This document shows, one piece after another, positions 26,318-36,739 of a stretch of DNA of 64,000 nucleotides. Every line of letters starts with the position of its first letter. The stretch's first letter is position 1. The notes under the pieces are model-generated. The model was not told where the DNA came from and ran no database searches. It saw only the letters and a program-made list of their open reading frames with translations. This stretch comes from Batkoa obscura (lineage: Eukaryota), in assembly GCA_030770535.1 (NCBI GenBank), contig JASVEC010000023.1, positions 186,001 through 250,000 of the forward strand. Direction: 5' to 3'. The position numbers and the translations under genes were made by a program.

Positions 26318-26428
26318 ATTAAATTGTTCTTGTGTAAATTCCGAATGAGGTTTATAACTTTGAACAGAAAAGAATATTAACAGATATCAAATATTAGGTT
26401 ATTAGTAGCAATGAATTTTCAGTGAAGA

Positions 26429-26535
26429 ATATGGGGGTGAATTTTTGTGTTTAAGGATTTTACTACCAATTTTTCTGCTTAAACAATGTCTAAAAGATAG
26501 AAAAAGTAATGAAGCTAAAAAAAACACCCTCATAT
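26429..26535 (+). mobile_element. MITE family copy
   Basis: ATAT-GGGGGTG...CACCCTC-ATAT with the family core. Confidence 0.85.
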
Positions 26536-27462
26536 GTTTCAAGTAAAAGGTAAGGTTGGGAATTACAATGCTAAGGTTTTTACTACCTTCAAATTTCTAT
26601 TGTTTTATCAATGACGAAGTGTTCTTTGGTTAACTATAACGAATTAAAAATTAATTGTAGCTTTCTTTGAAATATAAAATTTTAAGCCTATTATTGTTAA
26701 ATAATCTAATTAAATTTAAATAGTAAACACGAGAAAAATCAAATTATAACATTGAACATTTCTCGTATGTTGTATGATACAAAGGCTAAAACTATTTTAA
26801 AAGATAAACAAGTAAATATATAAATTATAAAATAAAGCTTCAGTAATTGTGTTAGCTTTTTGTAGGTTAGTAGTGAACACTACAAATTATCTGGAATTTG
26901 ACTTCTCAATCTTAAAATAACTTTATTTATTTCATTTTTATTAAGAATTTCACTAGTAGTACTATAATAAATAAACAAAAAGGCATAAAGTTTTATGAAA
27001 AACTTATAAAAAATACTTTCCAAATACTTTTTTAAATAAATGTTAGGATATAGTTATAATTGTATTATTATTGTAGATAAACAATATTCAATTTTGTATC
27101 TATTTTATATTTAAAAACTAAATAAACTACGATTTAGATACAAATTAACCAATCAAGATTAAATGCATAGGAAATTGAATTTTTTTGACTTGCTTGAGAA
27201 ATAATACCAAAATTAGCGTTGGATAAACCCTCTCTTACCATCTAAAGGGATTCATCTTCGAAACTTAAATTACCGATTAACGGAATAGTGACGAGGCAAA
27301 GGTACTATAAGAAACTAAACATAGATACATCCATCAAAAATTTAGAACTAGAATCAACGATAGATATAATTAATTATACAAAAAACACAACTTTTAGAAA
27401 CAAAGAGATTTTAAAATTATATAAATGATGAACCTAACATAAAATTAAAGAAACTAGTAAAA

Positions 27463-28070
27463 ATGCTTATTCCACAGACCAACCGTAAACTCATTTATGA
27501 AACTCTTTTCAAAGGTAATTTAGATTATCAAAAAAGAGGACAATGATACTAATTTGAATAGAGGGTGTCCTTGTTGCCAAAAAGGATTATGATGCCCCTC
27601 GCCATCAAGACATTAATGTCCCAAATCTCCACGTTATTAAGGCTCTCCAATCCTTAGATTCTCGTGGTTACGTTAAGACCAGATTCTCATGGCAATATTA
27701 TTATTACTCTCTTACTGATGAGGGTATTAATTATCTCCGTGAATATCTTCACCTTCCGGAATCCATTGTTCCAGCTACCCACAAAAAAGTTGAACGTCCA
27801 ACTCAAGTTCGTTCAAGTGGACAAAGTAAGAATCTTGACTAATTAATTTAGATTTTTTTATTCATATTTTAGACTGGGATGGTGAACGTGGTCACCGTGG
27901 TGATCGTGATGATTATCGTCGTCGTGATGACGGTGCTAAAAAAGAAGGTGCCTCTGGTGACTTCAAGCCAGAATTCGTAAGATTATTATTTAGAAGATAT
28001 AACATTAAATATTAACTTGTATTAGCGTGGTGGATTTGGACGTGGTCGCGCTCCTCGCACTGAAAACTAA
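27463..28070 (+). CDS. RPS10: 40S ribosomal protein S10 (eS10), 4 coding exons; probable 5'UTR intron 27302-27457
   Basis: [76 protein letters not shown]. Confidence 0.97.
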
Positions 28071-29078
28071 TAAATAATTTAAAAAGGTTTACTTTAATTC
28101 ACGAAATATATTTATAGGGTTTGTATAAAAGGAATTTTAAAGTTTTTATCAAATGATGTAAAGTGAATTGTACTTCTTATTAACATGTTTTAGAGAGTAA
28201 TAAGTTAAAATGAGATTTAAATAAGTTTGTTTGAAGAATAGAAATATTCAGAATCAATAAAGGGGCTTGTATAAGGTTATATATCTATTTAAAATTCAGC
28301 ATCAAGTCAATCGCTAAATAGTATTTTATGTTCCATTTATAAAGCATAAGACTGTAATAAATAATAGGATTCAAATATTTGTTTAGATAAAAGCGATATT
28401 TTACAAAAAAGAGCAACACCAAAACTAATGTTTAGTTTATTATGATGTTAATAAATTAAGTGTTTGTTGGATTAGTCTATACAAGTTAATTTAATTAAGA
28501 GTAAGCATTAATCTCCTTCAATAAAATGAGTTTTAAAAATGGACTAAATAAAGTTTTTTAAAAATATTATCTTTTGTAGAATGTATAGATATACGTTTTA
28601 GATTATGCTAAGCTTTCCTATATTTTATATTTGACTAATTTTCATAGAATCTATATTTAATAAATAAATAGGACACTGAGATGGAAATAGATTTATATTA
28701 AGCATAAATAATAACAGCTGACAGATTTAATTTAAATCATTTCAAAAAGTTATTTGAAATTTAATAACATCAAATCTGATAAATGCTGTATCATGTTTTT
28801 GTTCCGAATTTAACTATTAATATTTTTAATTTTTATAAAAAATAAACAAAACATTGAACAATAATTATATCATTAGATTATGTGTTGTGTAACTTATTTT
28901 TTGCATTAGAATTAGTAGAATCCTTTTTAATCTACTTTCATCATGATATTTAAATCTATAACAGATAGCTAAAATCGTAAACTTATAAAGCCAAAATCTC
29001 AATCCAATGTTACTTTTTTAATAATTGAAGTAATATTGGTCATAGCTATAAATAATACCAAGCTCGAAAGTATAAAAA

Positions 29079-29152
29079 TGCTTCAGCCCAGGTTCGAACT
29101 GGAGACCTTCACCTTGTAAGGGTGACGTGATAACCAACTACACTACCGAAGC
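29079..29152 (-). tRNA. tRNA-Val(TAC)
   Basis: Cloverleaf GCTTCGG...CTGAAGC-A; anticodon arm TCACC-CTTACAA-GGTGA; GTTCGAAC T-loop. Confidence 0.96.
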
Positions 29153-29425
29153 AACCTAGTCGGAATATTGGGTGGAAAAGGAGTTTTAGATTACCAATTT
29201 TCAAGTAATATAAATAACAATTAAATTGAGATCATATTATACAATAGTTAAAAAATAAAAATAAAATGAATATTCAAAAAGATGTATATATATTATAAAG
29301 AAAAAAAGCGGCAAATCCCCAAGGAGTAAAAGTCAAAGTACCTCAAAAATAAGCGAAAGAAGAAAAGTAGTAACTAATGCTAATAAATATTCGACCCAGC
29401 TAACGAATAGCTTTGTAAGTTAACT

Positions 29426-30205
29426 TTAACTTTCATTCTCAAATGTGACAAATTGAAACCCATCTCTAGCTCTACTCCTTCTTTTTTTACCTCTTTCTTT
29501 TAAATTATTAGTGACTGGTAAAATAGGTTGCATCATTTCTTGATATTGTGTATCAAAAATGGACATACAATTTTCTTCCATTTGATTATTTTTTAACATG
29601 GAAGTGAATAATTCCCTTAACCTTTCCCTTGAAGGCAACTGTACATTAGGACACATCAATTTTAACATATTTAAAAAAGCAGGAGATTCTAAACTAGATA
29701 AACTTAAAGAGTCTTGTAAGATCCAACGAACAATAGCTTCTTCTAATTGAGCTTCAGAATGTTGATTATTATCCATTGTTTGTACATTATTTAAACTTAA
29801 AAATGGGTTTTCAGGTCCCTTTTGGCCATTTTTTGGTATTGAAAAGATACCATGTTTTTTATTTAAATGTCGGATCAATGTATCAATTCGTGTACTGGGT
29901 TTATAGGAACGTGTACAGTTACTGCATTTGATTAAATCTTCATTTTCTTTATCGAAATAATAATACGCATTCGTTGTGTTACCTATGTTTAAGCTATCTT
30001 CGTATAGACGGAATGTATGCAATTGATCCTTAGGTACGTCCATACTTGATTTTATTTGTTCTTGTGACGGGTTACCAAGGTCTTCGTCGTCTTCATCATC
30101 ATCGTCCATCTCTTCTTTGGCTCCAAAATTAAGTTTTATATCGCTTTCTTCATCATCTAAAAATAATTCATCACCCATATTGATCAAATCTTTCATATCT
30201 TCCAT
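29426..30205 (-). CDS. BED zinc-finger protein derived from a hAT transposase N-terminus (no catalytic domain), intronless
   Basis: IKCSNC...TLIRHLNKKHGI (CxxC..HxxxxH) followed by AIVRWILQDSLSLSSLESPAFLNMLKLMCPNVQLPSR, typical of the hAT post-BED segment; acidic N-terminus; basic KKRRSR tail. Confidence 0.8.
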   Translation of the reverse strand: MEDMKDLINMGDELFLDDEESDIKLNFGAKEEMDDDDEDDEDLGNPSQEQIKSSMDVPKDQLHTFRLYEDSLNIGNTTNAYYYFDKENEDLIKCSNCTRSYKPSTRIDTLIRHLNKKHGIFSIPKNGQKGPENPFLSLNNVQTMDNNQHSEAQLEEAIVRWILQDSLSLSSLESPAFLNMLKLMCPNVQLPSRERLRELFTSMLKNNQMEENCMSIFDTQYQEMMQPILPVTNNLKERGKKRRSRARDGFQFVTFENES

Positions 30206-30467
30206 TGTATACTTTTATTTTTTAGGTTAAATTAAGTAAAAAATTCAAAGTTGTTCATTCTGTTTACCCCTTGATTAGGTCTGTCAAGTTCCATTTTTAT
30301 TGGCTGAATGTCATGTTTTGTTTAGGTTGACAAATTTGTTAATTTGAATTGGAAGCAATTTCTGTGGTTTTATTGGTAGAATAGAGAAATATGAAAAACT
30401 TCGATTTTTTTACAGTTTTAAAATCATTAAATACTTTTTTTTATAGATTTAATATTAATAATTTAGA

Positions 30468-31639
30468 ATGTTTAAATTAATCAATAGAAATAGAGCTAAT
30501 TTAGTACCAAACAAGAGATCGTTTACTACTATTAGCAGTTTACTGGAAAAACAAGATGTCCATTCCGATGCTTCAATGAGAAGTAATATTTTATATTAGC
30601 TAATTAGATTAAGTATAATATTTTATATTTAGAAATTGAAAAATTAAAACAAAGATTTTGGAAAGAAGTACAAATTGAAACTAGTGAAGGTAAAATAGTT
30701 TAGATTCATATAAAAAATAAATGAAGCAAAACAGTAACAACAAAATCTAGACGGTTATCACATCTGTTTAGATCATCGTAAAGTAAAGACACCTGCTGGA
30801 GCCCCTTTAGCAATTCCATTAAATCGACCCAGTTTTGCACATTTAGCAGTATTAGAATGGCATTCTCAAGAAAAAGCACTGAAACCTCATTCTTTACCAT
30901 TAGTGAGTTCCTATTTATTATATATAAAAATAGAAACTTAGCTTATGAATTGAATATAGACTTCGTTAGCAGCTCGAGCACAAGATGGAATGCAAACGGA
31001 AGACAATAGACACCAAGCTATGAAGGAATTATTGAAATATTTAAATACAGACTCTTTATGGTAATTAATTGATAAATGAAAATGATTTTAAAATAATATA
31101 TACATATATATTAGTTGTCAATTACCTCATCCAGAAAAATTAGTTCGATTACAAGATCAACATTATACCCCGATTTTGGATTGGGTTAAAAAAGAATATG
31201 GTTTGATACTAAATGTATCTAAAGATATACTATCGAACAATCAGCCGGACAATGTTAAAACTGGATTAAGAGATTTAGTTTTGGAATTTGATCCTTTAGA
31301 ATTAGCTGGTACCTATTAGTTTATTTAATTATTCAATTAAGCTAATATTTAATATTATTTTTATTGTAGCTTTTGAACGTGCTTGTATATCTACCAAATC
31401 TTATTTGATTGCATTAGCTTTACTCAAAAAACAAATTTCAGTCGAAGAAGCTGCTCAAGCCGCTCATGTGGAAATCAATTTTCAAATTGAACAATGGGGC
31501 ATGGTGGAGGATAGTAATATTTAATTTAATTTTTATATTCTTGTATTAAATTAATCTTTTATTTTTAGCTCATGATTTAGATTATCATCTACTTCGAACT
31601 ATGCTAGCTTCTTCAGCTATGGCTACTACTAAAGATTAA
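30468..31639 (+). CDS. ATP12: Mitochondrial F1 ATPase assembly factor Atp12/ATPAF2, multi-exon; absent from the ORF track
   Basis: Spliced: KQRFWKEV, ICLDHRKVKTPAG, AVLEWHSQ..KPHSLPL|TSLAARA, KYLNTDSL, STKSYLIALAL, AAHVEINFQIEQWGMVED|HDLD. Confidence 0.92.
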
Positions 31640-31905
31640 AAAAACTCTGTTACTTATAATTTTAGCTGTTATCATTTGGATTATAATAGAATAGTGGTAT
31701 TTAATTGGTTGATATTGTGTTGTTTTTATGCTTTGTTATTTGCTATAATTTAAAAAGTTGTAAATATATTAATGTCTTAAAATTATTTATTAATTTAATG
31801 TTATCTAATATTATAACGAGTGCTATAAATGAGAGATCAAAATATTCAAATGAAAAAAATCATGTAAAAGATGATATGAAAGAAAAGGGATGAGAAACTG
31901 AGTCC

Positions 31906-32441
31906 TTAAATCACAGTAGTAGCAATAATAGGGGTGGCCACATTATAATAACCTAAGTAAAGGGAATTACTAGCAAAAGGAACAATATATAAACCTAATA
32001 AAGCTAAAGAGATAAGAATCCAAAGAGCAAAGGTAATAGAAGAATGACCAGTATAATGGAAAACAGTCATAAAGAACAAAGAAAACATAATAATTAAGGA
32101 AAAGATATCTCCTGCAGTTCGATTACCTTGACCAAAACAATTAAAAATTACACCAACGGATAAAAGTAAAAACCCATCTAATAGCGTTCTCTCTGCTGCT
32201 ATGGCTGCGCGGAAACGGGCATGCTATAAATAAAGGATTAAAATTAAGCTATTAAAGTTTGTATTAGTTTAACTACCTGAGTTGCAGATACATTGGCTGC
32301 TTCAGCTTCAGTTGTGTTTGTATTTTCAGTTGGTTTTGAGGCATTAAATTGGAAGAATCGTAAGGCAAAAGAAGATATAAACCATAATAAAAATACTACA
32401 AAGACTGAACTAAATTGAATGATATAATCGTGTTGAAACAT
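31906..32441 (-). CDS. Small multi-pass membrane protein of unknown function; intron 32224-32276
   Basis: Two track ORFs join in frame (…VSATQ|HARFRAAIAAERTLLDGFLLLSVGVIFN…); about 4 hydrophobic segments. Confidence 0.75.
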
Positions 32442-33215
32442 AATGAATAGTTAATATATATTAATATAATGGGATTTGATTGATAGATAAATGTATAAAA
32501 ATAAATCTAGAAAAAGAAATTAAGTTTATAAATTAAAAATTAAGATTATTTATATAGATTTCAGACTCAATTTTGTTATATTAAATCTTTTTTTTCCGTA
32601 CCTTTTTTAGTACTCGGACTTTTATTTTAAACTATAATTCTTTTTAGCAGTTAGTTATTTACTTTATTTAAATAAGCTTTATTTTTCCTTTGTTTGAGAG
32701 TTGAAGTTTTTTTAAAAGAATATTGTTTTTTAGATCCTCTTATAATAACGTTAAATTCCACTATTATCTTTTTTGTTGATATAATAATGATTGTATTTAT
32801 TAGTTGAATTAGCTAAAATAGTTCTTATTTTATAGAATTGATACTAAGTGGAAGTGTTTCATAATTCATTAAATTATATCAACTGAGTTTCTTTTAAATT
32901 CCCACTATTTAATTTATTTTAATGAAAAAATAATACATCAAAATTCAAAACAATAATCTATCTTATTAATAATAAAATAGAAACATTAAATTGAACATTA
33001 TTATTTAAAATCCATATAATATAATAATATTTAAAAAAACAGCAATGATTATTTGAATTATTTTAATTTCAGTTAAAATTCAATTTAGTTTATCTTTAGT
33101 TACCGTTACTTAATTCTTTTCAACAAACCAACAATTAAAAAATTAGTATATATTACTATTAAAAAGTTAACACTTTTATTTTCAAAACCCGAATTCTTTA
33201 TTATCATAAATCTCA

Positions 33216-33467
33216 ATGAACCCATTACTGTTACTTACATTTACATTAAGCTTAGTCTCTGCAGCCACTTTACTCGTTGGTGGTGGTATATGTCCAAACA
33301 AAGAGGATACTTGTACTACTTCAGATAACCAAAAATTTACTAAGGGAGCACCAAACGCCCCATTATGCTGGTATAAATTTGATGAAAATGATACATTTAG
33401 TTGTAGATATAGCTCAGATGGTATATGTATGGAAGGTATGGGAGAAGTTAATTTCAATACTTGTTAA
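33216..33467 (+). CDS. Small secreted protein with one six-Cys module, homologous to the repeats of 13595-17167
   Basis: Signal peptide MNPLLLLTFTLSLVSA; CPNKEDTC...PLCW...FSC...GIC...EVNFNTC*, with the same Cys spacing and the CP/CW/(D/N)xxxC motifs. Confidence 0.88.
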   Translation: MNPLLLLTFTLSLVSAATLLVGGGICPNKEDTCTTSDNQKFTKGAPNAPLCWYKFDENDTFSCRYSSDGICMEGMGEVNFNTC

Positions 33468-33554
33468 TTTATTATTTTAGAATAAAAGCATAATGAAAAA
33501 TAAAATTTGTTAAAAAAATAATTTTAAATTTATTATACAAAATAAAATAAATGT

Positions 33555-33928
33555 TTAAATAGATGGTAATAGTAATAAACCCCAAACAACCCCAACACAA
33601 TATACTAAATAATTACTAATAATAATAGCACCCTTTGAATTATTAACTACGTTTGTTTTCTTTTTAGAAAATGTAACAAAAGTTACATCACTTTTTTTAC
33701 TCTTTTTACTTAATGAAGTAGGTGCACTTGGTAATGTTACATTTGAGGGTACTAATAATACACCTGGTTGTCCAACACATTCTGTATAACATTTAAGCAT
33801 TTCTGATGGGTTTGAATCTGCTAATCCTTTACAGGCACTTTTACATTTGCTATCCTCTGCTTTTGATGAGCTAGGGCCACTCTCTTTACTATTTTGATCT
33901 GTTACTTTAGTAGGACCTGGAGTCGGGC

Positions 33929-34019
<91 letters not shown>

Positions 34020-34210
34020 TTGATTATCATTAATATTCATGTTATTAACATTATTCATACTCGATGGTTTTGATTCAAATATGTTTGGTTTGCTTAATGA
34101 AGAAGTAGGTAATAAATCATTTTTTTCACCTTTAGAAGTAGATACTAAGACTGGTTTAGGTAATATATCATTATTTATTAATTCTAAATCATCAGTTATC
34201 CTATCATTTG

Positions 34211-34244
<34 letters not shown>

Positions 34245-34404
34245 TCCTTTCTCTTTATTTTCTATTGTGTCTATTGAAGCTATTATAATATTAGTTTAGA
34301 TTATGTATTAATTTACTAAATAGAATAATATTACCTAAAGAATTCATATTTTGTCTTAAAGCAGAGTAGATTAAAATATAGCAATGTAAATAAATCAATC
34401 TCAT
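33555..34404 (-). CDS. Putative GPI-anchored/cell-surface protein with poly-Asn tracts and a 4-Cys helical motif; intron 34280-34334
   Basis: ATG 34404 MRLIYLHCYILIYSAL; N30 tract; CKSAC..LKCYTEC; C-terminal NNSKG followed by a hydrophobic tail. Confidence 0.72.
33930..34019 (-). repeat. (AAT)n coding microsatellite, 30 Asn codons
   Basis: Perfect TTA run on the + strand; a shorter second tract lies near 34214-34243. Confidence 0.97.
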
Positions 34405-35137
34405 TGTTTAATAGAATACAGAAAAGTTTTAATAATTAAAAATTAAAGAAGAAATAATTGTACTTTTATTTATTATTTATACACATTTAATAAAACTTAT
34501 CTTAAAACTAAAATTTACCTTCTATTTCGTTTCATTTATAAATTTTGATTTGATTATTGTTAGTGTTTTATTTGAAATGCTCCTTTTGTATTTTTTGAAA
34601 CAAACTTAGACTAGCATTGAGTACTAATTATTTGAAAAAATCATCTTTTAAACAATGTCATTTTCATTGTACTTTTCTATTCTAATAGCCATTTTTAAAA
34701 CTAGCTGATTATTGACTAATACCATTGTAAATACTTCATAATAAGATAGGTTACTTTTATAATCATTAAATTCAAATCAAAACAATAAATTCAAAAATAA
34801 TTTGAACAAAAAGTTTATATAGCTTTATCTTATTTTTATACAGTGTGTATTACTAATGGGTTTTAAACTAATATAAGATTAAAAAATTTAATATAAAGTT
34901 AAAAAAAACTATTGAATAAATCACTATTAATCGCTGAACTAGTTTCTAAAATTAATATTTCTATCCATTAATTTATAATCGACAAAATGCCTCTAAGAAA
35001 ATTGAAAGTACTTCAATAATACTTAACCTTAACTACAATAGTTGAATAATCAACACTAACATTAACTTCAAATAGTTACTATCTTCTGCTTGTTTGTTTT
35101 TTAAATATCTTATTATCGTCCCGTATTTTAACAAGTT

Positions 35138-35211
35138 GCTTCGGTAGTGTAGTTGGTTATCACGTCACCCTTACAAGGTGAAGGTCTCCAGTTCGAACCT
35201 GGGCTGAAGCA
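35138..35211 (+). tRNA. tRNA-Val(TAC), identical to the copy at 29079-29152
   Basis: Same cloverleaf; followed by a TTTTT terminator. Confidence 0.96.
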
Positions 35212-35284
35212 TTGGGATCTCCTTTTTATCTAAAATTTAATATTTCCATTGTTTGATGAAACTATACATGCTAAAAATATACCC

Positions 35285-35477
35285 AAGAATTTTACTAACA
35301 CTTTTTCTGCTCTAATAAAACTTAACTGATATGAAAATATATTTTTTTTATCAAATTAAATAACACTTAAAACATTATGAGGTATAGTTGCAAATTGAAA
35401 GTTAATTTAAAATATTATAGTTATCACTTAAATATATGAGGGTGTCTTTTTGGTTTCATCAAGTTTCCATTTTTAAG
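35285..35477. mobile_element. Two MITE fragments (35285-35325 forward core; 35433-35477 reverse right end)
   Basis: AAGAATTTTACTAACACTTTTTC and ATATGAGGGTGTCTTTTTGGTTTCAT match the family. Confidence 0.65.
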
Positions 35478-35521
35478 TTTTCCATCCTTAAAATAAGGAA
35501 AAAATCAATTGAAACAAAATA

Positions 35522-35593
35522 GGGCTCAGCAGGGAATTGAACCCTGGACCTCTCGCACCCAAAGCGAGAATCATACCACTAGACCACTAAGCC
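35522..35593 (-). tRNA. tRNA-Pro(TGG)
   Basis: GGCTTAG...CTGAGCC-C; anticodon arm CTCGC-TTTGGGT-GCGAG. Confidence 0.96.
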
Positions 35594-35741
35594 ACTGAGA
35601 GCTATATTAGAAATAATTTATATAGTACAAGATCTTAATCTTTAGTGATTCAATAGCTTCAAAAACTGAAAATCCATTTAAACTACACAAACTCAAAATT
35701 AATTTTATTTCTTTTAAGCTAAATCCAACTTTTAAAACGAA

Positions 35742-36608
35742 ATGGGAGTTGTATGGTAACTAACAATCGAACCAAAAAAGATAGATATTAAAAAATCATG
35801 CAGTGTAGCGCGTTTGAGCGAAGAGCAAGGGATGTCGGGATTAAGTTTCCAACAATTAATTGAACATACCGAAAAAGTATTTAATGGTCGCTCAATGAAT
35901 CGATGGCAAGTGAATATTAATTTGTATAAAGATAGTGCGATTGTAACTCAAGCACGAAAAAATGGGGCCCATTTAATTAATCAAAGAATAGAAAATTTAA
36001 GCATTTTACAACAATATAGTTTAGCGGAGTTGAAAAAGCATTCAAATAATCAATTGTTTTGTTTTAAAAGTAGTAATATGGAGAAAGGGTTTTCTTGGAG
36101 TGGAGAATCAATTATTGAAGCGGAAGGTACTATCTTTGAACTTATGAAAAAGTTGAAAAATGTTTGGACGGTTAGACAAACTGCTAGTATTGAGGTTAGA
36201 TAATTCCTTCTTTTGTACTGTTTGTCTAATGCATTTTAGGGTTTGGAGTATATGATTGGCGACTTTTTACTGAGATTTGGTTCTTTATATATTAGCAAAA
36301 CTTATAAAGGAATTATTCTAGAAGTAATCAAAAAGGAATTGAATTTAAATTAAATAGTAATACTTTATTAGGTAGAATATAAACCATGTACATCTCCAAA
36401 ATATTATCGCTTAGTAACGGAAGAGTTTTTGAGAGAATTTTTGAAAGATTTAATTTCAAAAAAAGATCCTTCAAGTCATATCCGAAATTTAACCATTTGT
36501 GATATCAATCCCTTATTAAAACAAAACGCTATTTCAACAAGAACTTTTGGACCCTTTCATATAGCTTTACAATACAAAGCAATCATTGAAAAAGATAAAT
36601 TATTTTAA
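35742..36608 (+). CDS. MED20: Mediator subunit Med20, 4 exons
   Basis: MGVVC start; WTVRQTASIE|GLEYMIGDFLLRFG..KGIILE|VEYKPC matches the Med20 C-terminal pattern. Confidence 0.85.
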
Positions 36609-36739
36609 TTAAAAAAATTGTATACTTGCTTTTCAATTTATTAATTAATCTTTCTGTTTGATCATTTTTATTTTAATAAGCACTACTTTAGGCTCGTATT
36701 TTCAAAAAAAATTATACTATGATATAACTATTTAGTTTA

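Noticed and set aside
27425..27457. ATGATGA box C-like motif in the RPS10 leader intron (possible snoRNA)
   Set aside because: No downstream CTGA box D or terminal stem before the acceptor; it directly abuts the branch-point region (CTAAC)
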